Shown: in pieces, positions 18,992 through 26,819 of the stretch
How the letters are laid out: every line of letters begins with the position of its first letter
Numbering within the stretch: position 1 is the stretch's first letter
DNA from: an uncultured virus (IMG/VR IMGVR_UViG_2912927692_000003)
Lineage: Duplodnaviria > Heunggongvirae > Uroviricota > Caudoviricetes
Virus record (IMG/VR): IMGVR_UViG_2912927692_000003
DNA: 64,000 bases
Reading direction: 5' to 3' (one strand)
Notes under the pieces: model-generated
Seen by the model: the letters and a program-made list of their open reading frames with translations, nothing else
Told to the model about the DNA's origin: nothing
The model's database searches: none
Made by a program: the position numbers and the translations under genes

Positions 18992-19363
18992 TCAGGAGAT
19001 CGCTACGCAGTTGCGCAGCAGCACCGGCGTGGCCTGACCTTCTAGCCAGATCACCGCCATGCCGGAGGCGGAAACTTTGGCTTGAGTGAGCGTTCTGGTG
19101 CGGATGGGGATGGAGTCGCGGAGCGGACGGTACTCAACGGCCACCTGGGCCGGGTGCGTGCGATTCCACTCTTCAACCAGGTCTTTGGGTGAGGCGGGCC
19201 GGACGGCGCCAACCCGGGCGTAGATCTCGGCGCGATGAATGGCCATCGCTTCCGGAGCAACGATTCCGAGGCGGATCTGGCCGCCTCTGTTCTCGACGAC
19301 GGTCACGGTGATGTCGTCGCCAATGTGCAGGGTTTCGCCGACTCGGCGAGTGAGGATCAGCAT
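18992..19363 (-). CDS. csrA: CsrA/RsmA-family RNA-binding protein with ~65-aa C-terminal extra domain
   Basis: [39 protein letters not shown]. Confidence 0.92.
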   Translation of the reverse strand: MLILTRRVGETLHIGDDITVTVVENRGGQIRLGIVAPEAMAIHRAEIYARVGAVRPASPKDLVEEWNRTHPAQVAVEYRPLRDSIPIRTRTLTQAKVSASGMAVIWLEGQATPVLLRNCVAIS

Positions 19364-19397
19364 GTGTGCCTCCGTTCAGGATGCTGGGCGCGCGGGC

Positions 19398-19610
19398 TCA
19401 GGCCGGCTCGCAGTGGGAAAGGGCAACGCAACCAGACACGCCGGCGAGCCAGACGACAGCGGTGTGGCCGCCGAGGACTTGGGCTTCAGTAGTGGTACGG
19501 GTGCGCTTCGGCGTGGCGTGGCGATGAGACCGGTAGTTGACCTCGGTGCCGGCGGGGTATGCGGAATTCCAGGCAGCAACGGTCGCCGCCGGGTTGGCGT
19601 TTCGCTTCAT
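19398..19610 (-). CDS. Hypothetical; paralog of the CsrA C-terminal domain
   Basis: WN..P...V.YR..R...P.RTRT.T.A.V.....AV.WL.G....V.L..C shared with 18992..19363. Confidence 0.8.
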   Translation of the reverse strand: MKRNANPAATVAAWNSAYPAGTEVNYRSHRHATPKRTRTTTEAQVLGGHTAVVWLAGVSGCVALSHCEPA

Positions 19611-19702
19611 CGGGTGTCTCCGGGGTAGGGGCTGTGATTGAGGTTTTGTTGCGGTAGGCTAGAGGCAGAATGCCAGCCTACTAGTCGAAGGGATGTGTGC
19701 TG

Positions 19703-20650
19703 ATGTCTTTAGAAATCAAATCTCCGGAAGATTTTGTTGATAGGCCTGACTATCGAGAGGTTTTGGATTTTGGTGAAAAATCCGGCAGAGAGCTTTTAGA
19801 GATTCTTGGTGCGTACATATTTCCGGATACCAAGTCTGTGAAGTGTGGGATTCGGAACTGCCGTACTCCGCATCGGCGCGGATATTTGATCAGCACCACA
19901 GATGGCCTGGAAACGAACATAGGAAATGTCTGTGGGAAAAAACACTTAGGAGCAATATTCACCGAGAAGACGAATCAGTATAGAAAGAAGCAGGCCTATC
20001 AACGGAATTTAGAACAGTTTCATATTGTTAAGTCTCGCGTTCAGGAGTTGTGGGGAGAGTTGGATGAACTAAAGCTTGCGGCTGAACGTATATCCAAGTT
20101 GAAGATACTCCTGAATAAGTGTCATCCAAATCTCGTTCGTGTTCTTGTTAACCGAAGCAAGATCAATAACTCTGCTCTGGGAAGGCGCATTCCCATGACT
20201 CGAGAAGAGGCAGAGCGCTTGTACGTCCATGAGGCGAAAGAAAGCGTCGATGGAAAGGTTCAACAATTTGAGGCATGGCTGGCAAAAGGGTGGCCCAAGA
20301 AGCTGGTAGTGGCCGGCCAGATCGCTGGGCTTAGGTTCTGGATGAGCGATCTTCACCAAGTACTAAGACAAGAGATCCTAAACCCAGCTGAAGAGATACA
20401 GAAAATCGATATTAATGGAGTTGAACAGCTAAGCCTTAGGAAACTGACGGAGTTCTCACGTTGGTCACAGCAACTAGATACAAATTTGGAAAAAGCCAGA
20501 ACCATAATTTTAGACGGAGAGGCGTTTTTCGAGTTGCAGAATGTTCAAATGTTGAAACTGTTGGGGGATGAGCTTGACGCAGCGTCTAGCATATTACTAG
20601 AGCCTGCACTGGGCGACTTCAGGACTCAGGCGGGTTGGTTCTACGGATAA
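19703..20650 (+). CDS. AT-richer accessory protein, N-terminal Cys/His Zn-binding motif then helical region
   Basis: CGIRNCRTPH..ETNIGNVCGKKH; long ORF opposite to early operon. Confidence 0.8.
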   Translation: MSLEIKSPEDFVDRPDYREVLDFGEKSGRELLEILGAYIFPDTKSVKCGIRNCRTPHRRGYLISTTDGLETNIGNVCGKKHLGAIFTEKTNQYRKKQAYQRNLEQFHIVKSRVQELWGELDELKLAAERISKLKILLNKCHPNLVRVLVNRSKINNSALGRRIPMTREEAERLYVHEAKESVDGKVQQFEAWLAKGWPKKLVVAGQIAGLRFWMSDLHQVLRQEILNPAEEIQKIDINGVEQLSLRKLTEFSRWSQQLDTNLEKARTIILDGEAFFELQNVQMLKLLGDELDAASSILLEPALGDFRTQAGWFYG

Positions 20651-20724
20651 CTCATGTATTAGTGTTAGTGGTGGCTTTTCGCCCCTGATAATCTCTGGGG
20701 CGTCGATATTTCGGGACTCTGGTC

Positions 20725-21036
20725 ATGGATGCGAAAAATCTTGCAGTTCTGATGCAACTGAAGAAGGCGATGGAGGAGGCGAATCCGCCAGCCATCCCTA
20801 CACCGTTTGAACCGACGCCGGAAAAGCCTCAGAAAACGGGCTGGATCGTGAAGAACTGTCGGTTCTGCAAGACCACAAAGTTCCGTTATCGGGCCGAGTG
20901 GGTTAATCCTCCCGTGATGTGCGAGGGATGTCGAAACGAGCGCAAGACTCGCTACAAGCCTGGCAAGGGCGATACCCTCTATGCTGAAACGAAAGTCTTT
21001 CATGGTGGCGGCCCTGGCACGGGACGCCGAAAGTGA
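20725..21036 (+). CDS. Basic CxxC-x17-CxxC zinc-ribbon protein
   Basis: CRFC-17aa-CEGC; ends GGGPGTGRRK. Confidence 0.7.
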   Translation: MDAKNLAVLMQLKKAMEEANPPAIPTPFEPTPEKPQKTGWIVKNCRFCKTTKFRYRAEWVNPPVMCEGCRNERKTRYKPGKGDTLYAETKVFHGGGPGTGRRK

Positions 21037-21296
21037 ACGGTAAAAAGGAGGCTCAGAAGAAAAGGAGCCGCGCGCTTTCAACGAAAGAGAAGGTCGCTAG
21101 GCTTGAAAAGCAAATCGAAGAGCTTGAGGCAGCCCTTCCCGAAGCATCGTCAAGGCAAGCAGGCAGTATCGAACGCCAACTTCGTCTTCTGGGGGAGCAA
21201 CTTCGAATCCAGAAAATACACCTCGTGTCCAAGCTAGACAGTGTTCGCCACTACACTGTTTCTGGCTCTTACGGAACCGGTCGTCGTACGAATTGA
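21033..21296 (+). CDS. Small basic coiled-coil protein
   Basis: GTGA overlap with upstream ORF; ends VSGSYGTGRRTN. Confidence 0.65.
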   Translation: MNGKKEAQKKRSRALSTKEKVARLEKQIEELEAALPEASSRQAGSIERQLRLLGEQLRIQKIHLVSKLDSVRHYTVSGSYGTGRRTN

Positions 21297-21568
21297 TGCT
21301 TTCCGCATGGCTCAGCGTTGAGCCATCTGGAGAGCATCCGGCCCGCGCAATGCGAGCCGGTATCTCTCTTCCTCTTGCACAGGCTGCGGTCGCTTACCCG
21401 CGAGGTTTTCACGATTGCCCGGGAAGCGTGCCTCGGTCGGCTATCCATCGTTACTGACCTCAATCTCGCTTGAGTGGCCTGTGCCCGGCACGGAATGTTG
21501 TCCGCTGCCGCCTACCGTTGCGCGATAGGTCCGCTGGCTATGCATCGGCCAGCTCGGCGTCCATCTGG

Positions 21569-21581
21569 TTGTTAAAGAGCG
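21569..21581 (-). promoter_or_regulatory. boxA antitermination element (nutL-like)
   Basis: CGCTCTTTAACAA on minus strand just downstream of predicted PL. Confidence 0.85.
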
Positions 21582-21620
21582 GTCGGCCAACTCTGGTCTT
21601 GCGGTGAGTTGGCATGAGCA

Positions 21621-21682
21621 AAACTAGCGTAACGCTATTCGCATGTAAATAGCGAAACGCTAGATTTTTTCGCGAAACGCGA
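21621..21682 (-). promoter_or_regulatory. PL promoter and OL operators
   Basis: -35 TTTACA (21649-21644), 17 bp, -10 TAGTTT (21626-21621); palindromes TAGCGTAACGCTA 21625, TAGCGAAACGCTA 21650, TCGCGAAACGCGA 21670. Confidence 0.85.
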
Positions 21683-21746
21683 AACGCCGAGTCCAGCATC
21701 CAGGTCTGTGCCGTATGGGCAGTGGGGTTAGTGGTAGTGAGAGACG

Positions 21747-21772
21747 AAAAAGCCCGGCTCTAGGCCGGGCTT
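21747..21772 (-). terminator. Terminator after repressor gene
   Basis: AAGCCCGGC-CTAGA-GCCGGGCTTTTT on minus strand. Confidence 0.8.
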
Positions 21773-21827
21773 CAGGTTGGCAAGGATGGTTTGAGAGGGA
21801 AGGGGCAGCTAGTCGCTCTTGACGGGG

Positions 21828-22301
21828 TTACCGTCCGACCAGACGAGCTTTAGCATTGGTCGCCTCGGTTGAGCTTTTGACGACGGCTTCCTCCGCAGCA
21901 CATCTGAGTGAGCGCAGCGCCATCAGAGCGGCTGTGTCCAGCCAGGCAGGTTGGGTAACGATTCCTAGCAGTAGATCTACTATTGCTCTATCGGAAGCAG
22001 ATGCTTGTTCGTAGGCTCGAAGGAGAGGAGGCGTGGGTCGTTCTCTGACCTCATCCTGTCCCCCCTGACTGTGGTCGGTATCCAGCCAGCCGGCTGGTTT
22101 ACCAGTAGCCTCTTCAATCCGACGAGCGGTAGTCTTCCGCATGCCTCGCCGCACCCCCGTTTTGGAGTCCTTGACTCCATCGCGGAGGTTGCCGAACTGC
22201 GATGGAGACATCCCAATTCGATCAGAGACAGCCGCCAGCCCCCCGAACTCCTGCTCGAGTAGGCGCATGTTTGCTCGACGAATTTCATCAATGTCTTTCA
22301 T
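21828..22301 (-). CDS. CI-like HTH repressor lacking an S24 autocleavage domain
   Basis: IRRANMRLL..IGMSPSQ..ARRIEEATGKPAGWLD; divergent from cro; flanked by operators. Confidence 0.85.
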   Translation of the reverse strand: MKDIDEIRRANMRLLEQEFGGLAAVSDRIGMSPSQFGNLRDGVKDSKTGVRRGMRKTTARRIEEATGKPAGWLDTDHSQGGQDEVRERPTPPLLRAYEQASASDRAIVDLLLGIVTQPAWLDTAALMALRSLRCAAEEAVVKSSTEATNAKARLVGR

Positions 22302-22308
22302 GTTGTCG

Positions 22309-22380
22309 ATTCCATAGCAAAACGCTAATTGTGTATATGTGCGTTACGCTATGGGAATTAATCTAGCGTTACGCTATATT
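22309..22380. promoter_or_regulatory. OR operators with divergent PR/PRM
   Basis: TAGCAAAACGCTA 22315, GTGCGTTACGCTA 22339, TAGCGTTACGCTA 22364; PR -10 TATATT 22375-22380; candidate PRM TATACA-17-TGGAAT. Confidence 0.85.
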
Positions 22381-22410
22381 TGGCTGGCGTCTGTCTACGG
22401 AAGCTGAAAA

Positions 22411-22650
22411 ATGAAGCTGAAACCTTACCTTGACCAGCGTCGCGGAGCTGGCTCCTGGCTCGCTCGCGAAATCGATGTTTCACCAGTCCTTGTGTCGCAA
22501 TGGGCCAATGGTGTGCGGCAGGTTCCTGCGGAACACTGTCCATCTATTGAGCGAGCAACTGGCGGGCTGGTCACCTGTGAAGAGATGCGACCGGATGTCG
22601 ATTGGGCCTGCTTGCGTCAGCGCCCAGTCCCGTCACTACAAGCGATTTAA
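22411..22650 (+). CDS. Cro/YdaS-like regulator
   Basis: LAREIDVSPVLVSQW..VPAEHCPSIERATGG.VTCEEMRPDVDW. Confidence 0.9.
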   Translation: MKLKPYLDQRRGAGSWLAREIDVSPVLVSQWANGVRQVPAEHCPSIERATGGLVTCEEMRPDVDWACLRQRPVPSLQAI

Positions 22651-22687
22651 CCATGGCGCTTGTCAGTGATCGAAGGTTGGTCCAGGT

Positions 22688-23656
22688 ATGAATCTCGCGG
22701 ACATGCTTGACCGTCCGATTGCATTCCAGCGTGCGTTCGTATCGTTGGGCGCCGGCATCACTGGTGCCTTGATGCTCTCGCAGGCGGTGTATTGGACCTG
22801 CCGCACCGAAGATGCGGACGGCTGGTTCTACAAGACCATGGACGAGTGGGAAGCCGAGACGGGCATGACCAGATCCGAGCAGGAGGGTGCACGCAAGAAA
22901 CTGGTGAAGTGCGGAGTCCTTGAGGAGATGAAGAAGGGTGTTCCTTGCCGGCTCTACTACCGAGTGAACATGGACGCGATAGCTGCAAACTTGAATGCGG
23001 AAAACCTGCAATCCAGTTTGCAGAAAACCCGCAAACAAGGATGCGGAAATCCTTCAGGCAAGTCTGCGGAAAAGCCGCAAGCCAGTACGCGGAAAAGCCG
23101 CGAGCAAGGTCGCGGAAAACCCGCAGTTCTTACAGAGACTACTTCAGAGATTACTTCAGAGATTACCCCTGAGATTTCTGCCGGGGAGGCTGCGCCGGCC
23201 CCGGGCGGGGAATTCGTCGGCGCCGAGCAAGAGCCCGGGCCGCGCTGCCAGATACCGGCCGACATGCCAGGCCCGAAAGACCCGAACTGCAAGGCGTACC
23301 GCACATGGGCCAACTACGCCATGGCCTATCGCACTCGATACACCGCTTGGCCGGTTTGGAACGCATCGGTTGCCGGCAAGCTTTCGAAGCTGATCGATCG
23401 TGTGGGCCAGGCCGACGCGCCAAAGGTGGCCGCGTTCTACGTCAAGTGCATCCACGATGCTCGACTGATTGCTCAGCACCATCCCCTCGGCCTGTTGCTG
23501 GCGAACGCTGAGGGCTACCACACGATGTGGTTGACCAATCGCCCGACCACCGGAACGCAGGCACGCCAGCAGGAGAACACCGCATCGAACTTGTCCGCCG
23601 CTGAGCAGGCCCTGGCCGAGCAGAGAGCGAGGAGGGCTGCCCATGCTGACGCCTGA
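22688..23656 (+). CDS. Replication initiator (lambda O-like)
   Basis: ALMLSQAVYW..GWFYKT..WEAETG wHTH; internal iterons. Confidence 0.85.
   Translation: MNLADMLDRPIAFQRAFVSLGAGITGALMLSQAVYWTCRTEDADGWFYKTMDEWEAETGMTRSEQEGARKKLVKCGVLEEMKKGVPCRLYYRVNMDAIAANLNAENLQSSLQKTRKQGCGNPSGKSAEKPQASTRKSREQGRGKPAVLTETTSEITSEITPEISAGEAAPAPGGEFVGAEQEPGPRCQIPADMPGPKDPNCKAYRTWANYAMAYRTRYTAWPVWNASVAGKLSKLIDRVGQADAPKVAAFYVKCIHDARLIAQHHPLGLLLANAEGYHTMWLTNRPTTGTQARQQENTASNLSAAEQALAEQRARRAAHADA
22996..23177 (+). repeat. Putative replication origin: six 23-bp-phased iterons plus 12-bp tandem repeats
   Basis: YGCRGAAA core at 22996, 23019, 23042, 23065, 23088, 23111; then AGAGATTACTTC-like repeats 23134-23177. Confidence 0.85.
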
Positions 23657-24500
23657 GCAACAAGACGAACTGCTGCTTTCCCTTTTCGGCACCGCCGAGG
23701 CAATGGGTCAGCAACTCACGCCGGCCGCTGCCCAACTCATGGTTCAAGACCTGGCTGCCTACGAAGAGCCAGTGCTGACCGCCGCGTTGCAGGCCGTTCG
23801 CCGGGAGGGCGGACGATTCACGGTTGCCGCTGTACTCCGGCATGTCGAGTCCGCCGACGGTCGGCCCGAGCCGAACGAGGCCTGGGCGATCGCCCTACAG
23901 AGCTTCGACGAGGCTGAAACGGTGCTTATGACGCCGGAAATCCAGCAGGCGGCTGTGGTAGCCGCACCGCTCATGAAGGGGCGTGGTGACCGGGTGGGCG
24001 CGCGCATGGCGTTCATTGCCGCCTACGAGCGCCTACTCACTCGTGCCAGGCAGCAGGCGCTGCCCGCCAGGTGGTCGCTGTCGTTGGGCAGCGATGCGGG
24101 CCGCCGAGCTGCTGCGATCGAGGAAGCGGAACGCCTGGGGCGTCTGCCGGCGCCGGCAGCGCAGTTGCTGCTCGAACAGCACGTACTCGAGCCGGTTACG
24201 CCGGCCGGCAGCGCAATCGCCGGGCTGCTGACTGGACCCTCCGACCGGCTGCTGGCACTGACGAATGACCCACTGACCCGCGAAGCCCTTGCGAGGGAGG
24301 TTGCTGGTGGGGGGGATGTGCCAGACGACATCCGTCGGCGGCTTGAAGGCATCAAGAAGCGCTTGGTCCGCAGGGAAAAGGCGAAGGCCCGGCTGCGTGA
24401 TCGCCACCTGCGCCACGAGCGCGAAGACATGGACCGTCGGCGCGCCGCGGTTCTTCAAACCATCGATCAGCTACAGAGCCAGGAGGTTCAACATGGCTGA
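23643..24500 (+). CDS. Replication accessory protein (putative helicase loader)
   Basis: Position after initiator; DGRPEPNEAW..ARMAFIAAY motif. Confidence 0.6.
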   Translation: MLTPEQQDELLLSLFGTAEAMGQQLTPAAAQLMVQDLAAYEEPVLTAALQAVRREGGRFTVAAVLRHVESADGRPEPNEAWAIALQSFDEAETVLMTPEIQQAAVVAAPLMKGRGDRVGARMAFIAAYERLLTRARQQALPARWSLSLGSDAGRRAAAIEEAERLGRLPAPAAQLLLEQHVLEPVTPAGSAIAGLLTGPSDRLLALTNDPLTREALAREVAGGGDVPDDIRRRLEGIKKRLVRREKAKARLRDRHLRHEREDMDRRRAAVLQTIDQLQSQEVQHG

Positions 24501-25044
24501 AGCACTATCAACCCAGGCGCCGGCCAAGAGCGCGGCGGCGAAGAGGAAGCGCGCCGGGCGGCCGATCTACCTGGAGTTCAAGCGCATGGTCGACCCGGAC
24601 ACCGGCGAGGTTCGCCTGGCGTTGGTCGCCGACAGCGGCATCGACAAGTTCCTGCTGAAGGAGCGCGGGTATAAGGCTGGCGCAAAAGTGCGCGCGGAGC
24701 TGAAGCAGCCGCGGGACGTTCGCAAGCACCGCCTGGTCCACCGCATGGGCCAGTTAGTCGCGCGCAATGTGGATGGGTTCCAGGGGATGGATGCGCACTC
24801 GGTGATCAAAAAGCTACAGGGAGACGCAGGGGTTTGCTGTAGCTCGGAGTATTTCGACCTGGGCGGGCTGGGGCGCGTGTCGCGCCTGGTGCCGGAGTCG
24901 TTGGCGTTCGACGAAATGCCCGAGGAGCGGTTCCTGGAGTTCTGGAGGGGCATCTGCCAGCACCTGATCGAGCACTACTGGACAGGCATGAGCGAAGAGC
25001 AGATCGGCGACATGATCAACATGATGCCCGAGGAGGTGGTGTGA
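24493..25044 (+). CDS. DUF1367-like nin-region protein
   Basis: KQPRD..HR..PESLAFDEMPEERF; AGGAGG RBS. Confidence 0.65.
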   Translation: MAEALSTQAPAKSAAAKRKRAGRPIYLEFKRMVDPDTGEVRLALVADSGIDKFLLKERGYKAGAKVRAELKQPRDVRKHRLVHRMGQLVARNVDGFQGMDAHSVIKKLQGDAGVCCSSEYFDLGGLGRVSRLVPESLAFDEMPEERFLEFWRGICQHLIEHYWTGMSEEQIGDMINMMPEEVV

Positions 25045-25364
25045 TGGCGAAGATCGCGTCGAAAGCTGTTCGGGACGCCGCGCGAGACGAGGAGTGCACG
25101 GTACGAATCGCCGGCATCTGCAACTACAGGACCGACACGACGGTGTTCGCGCACCTGCCGGACGAGAGCAAGGGCATGGGCACGAAAGCGGACGACCTGA
25201 GTGGTTGCTTCGCATGCAGTGCGTGCCATGATGCCCTGGATGGTCGGAGGAAGCACGACCTGAGTGCCGAGGAGGTCGAGTGGTACATGCGTAGGGCTTT
25301 GGTCCGGACCTGGCGCCGCCTCTTTGAGAAGAGAGTCATGACGATCAAGGGGGCGGCAGCGTGA
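25044..25364 (+). CDS. DUF1364/YbcO-like Zn-binding nuclease-domain protein
   Basis: AARDEECTVRIAGIC..TTVFAH..GMGTKADD..ACSACHD. Confidence 0.85.
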   Translation: MAKIASKAVRDAARDEECTVRIAGICNYRTDTTVFAHLPDESKGMGTKADDLSGCFACSACHDALDGRRKHDLSAEEVEWYMRRALVRTWRRLFEKRVMTIKGAAA

Positions 25365-25708
25365 GCCAGCATCGATTCCAAGCGCTTGGCCGGCTGAAAA
25401 CCGGCCAGATGAACAAGACCGAGCAGGCCTACGACCAGCACCTGGCCTACCGAAAGCTCGCAGGGGAGGTCGCTTGGTATCGGTTCGAGGGCATTAAGCT
25501 GCGCCTGGCCGATAACACCTTCTACACCCCTGACTTCGCTGTGATGCTCACCGGCGGTGAGTTGGAACTGCACGAGGTGAAGGGGTACTGGACCGACGAT
25601 GCCCGGGTGAAGACCAAGGTCGCCGCCGACCAGTATCCGCTCCGTATTATCGCGGTGTCGCCGAAGCCCAAAAAGGCTGGTGGCGGTTGGGCAGTGGAGG
25701 AGTTCTGA
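25361..25708 (+). CDS. DUF1064-like PD-(D/E)xK nuclease
   Basis: YTPDF..HEVKG. Confidence 0.75.
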   Translation: MSQHRFQALGRLKTGQMNKTEQAYDQHLAYRKLAGEVAWYRFEGIKLRLADNTFYTPDFAVMLTGGELELHEVKGYWTDDARVKTKVAADQYPLRIIAVSPKPKKAGGGWAVEEF

Positions 25709-26202
25709 TGGCGAAGAAGTCTTCGACTCAAGCTGTGCTCGACGCCGTTCGGGAACTGCACAGCCAGCAGCAGATCGTTACTCGCCAGACCCTGGTCGAA
25801 CTCACGGGGTTGAAGCCCGGCGTTGTCGATGACCGCCTGTCCGTCCTGGTGGACGACTTGCTGGTGCTGCGCGTCGAGCGCGGAGTGTTCGTACCGGCAC
25901 CGCAGTTCGATCCGCCCAGGCCTATCACCATTACGCAGATCCCCGGTGGCTGGGCGAAGGTCGAGATCAGCGATGATCACGTCATTACGCTTACGCCAGC
26001 GGAGAAGCGGATGCTCGGCGAACTGTTGGCGGGTGCTGCTCAGCAGTTCGCAGCGATCGATATCGGGCATTCGAACCAGATACTGGCTGCGGAACTGGCG
26101 ATCAAGATACGGAAGCTGGAAAGGGAAGTGGCAGCATTACGCGCAGACAGGACCGATGGCGACGAAGCCCAGCTTTCCCTGTCGATGGACCACATCGCCT
26201 GA
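25708..26202 (+). CDS. Winged-helix protein, candidate late-gene regulator
   Basis: VTRQTLVELTGLKPGVVDDRLSVL..RVERGVF; last gene before terminase. Confidence 0.6.
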   Translation: MAKKSSTQAVLDAVRELHSQQQIVTRQTLVELTGLKPGVVDDRLSVLVDDLLVLRVERGVFVPAPQFDPPRPITITQIPGGWAKVEISDDHVITLTPAEKRMLGELLAGAAQQFAAIDIGHSNQILAAELAIKIRKLEREVAALRADRTDGDEAQLSLSMDHIA

Positions 26203-26203
26203 T

Positions 26204-26244
26204 CCCCCTGTAAGGTTCGACCCATCCCCTCTGGCCCGGACAAT
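26204..26244 (+). promoter_or_regulatory. Late-operon motif copy 1
   Basis: CCCCCTGTAAGGTTCG then GACAAT at 26239. Confidence 0.7.
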
Positions 26245-26252
26245 TCCGGGTC

Positions 26253-26819
26253 ATGACTCAGAAGCCCAGTACCAAACCGAAGAAGGCCCCGGTAGCGAAG
26301 AAGCGCGCTACTGGGGCTTCCGCACGTCCCCCAGCCAAGACCGCAGCGAAACGGCCACCGGGTCGCCCGAGCAGGTATACGCCCACTGTCGGCCTGGCTG
26401 TCTGTACCGCGCTTGCCGAGGGCATGAGCCTGCGGAAGGTATGCCAGTTACCGGGCATGCCAGCGATGTCCACGTTTCTCCGATGGCTGGCCGACGAGCA
26501 GCATGCGGATTTGCGAGAGCAGTACGCGCGTGCGCGCGAGGCACAGGCCGACACACTCGCTGAAGAGATCCTGCAGATCGCCGACGACGGCTCGAACGAC
26601 ACCTACACGGACGATGAAGGCCGCACGCATGTCGACTACGACCATATCTCCAGGTCGAAGCTGCGCGTAGATGCTCGAAAGTGGTTGGCGTCGAAGATGG
26701 CGCCCAAGAAGTATGGCGACCGCATCACCAACGAGCACACTGGCGCGAATGGTGGCGCCATAGAGGTCAAGAGCACAGTCACCTTCGTGCAGCCCAAGCC
26801 TCGAGGTGACGACGAGTGA
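26253..26819 (+). CDS. terS: Terminase small subunit
   Basis: GRPSRYT..GMSLRKVC..QYARAR..LRVDARKWLASKMAPKKYGD. Confidence 0.92.
   Translation: MTQKPSTKPKKAPVAKKRATGASARPPAKTAAKRPPGRPSRYTPTVGLAVCTALAEGMSLRKVCQLPGMPAMSTFLRWLADEQHADLREQYARAREAQADTLAEEILQIADDGSNDTYTDDEGRTHVDYDHISRSKLRVDARKWLASKMAPKKYGDRITNEHTGANGGAIEVKSTVTFVQPKPRGDDE

Noticed and set aside
21296..21570. RsmY/Z-like GGA sponge RNA in the PL leader
   Set aside because: Several GGA triplets, but few match ANGGA or sit in hairpin loops
19611..22410. SOS box controlling induction
   Set aside because: No convincing CTGT-N8-ACAG found by eye in the intergenic segments; a PWM scan is still needed
22996..23177. Regularly spaced repeats as a CRISPR or mini-array
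   Set aside because: 23-bp period without unique spacers, inside the initiator CDS; fits iterons
26204..26240. GGTTCGACCC resembles a tRNA T-loop
   Set aside because: No acceptor, D or anticodon arms; it is part of the late-operon motif
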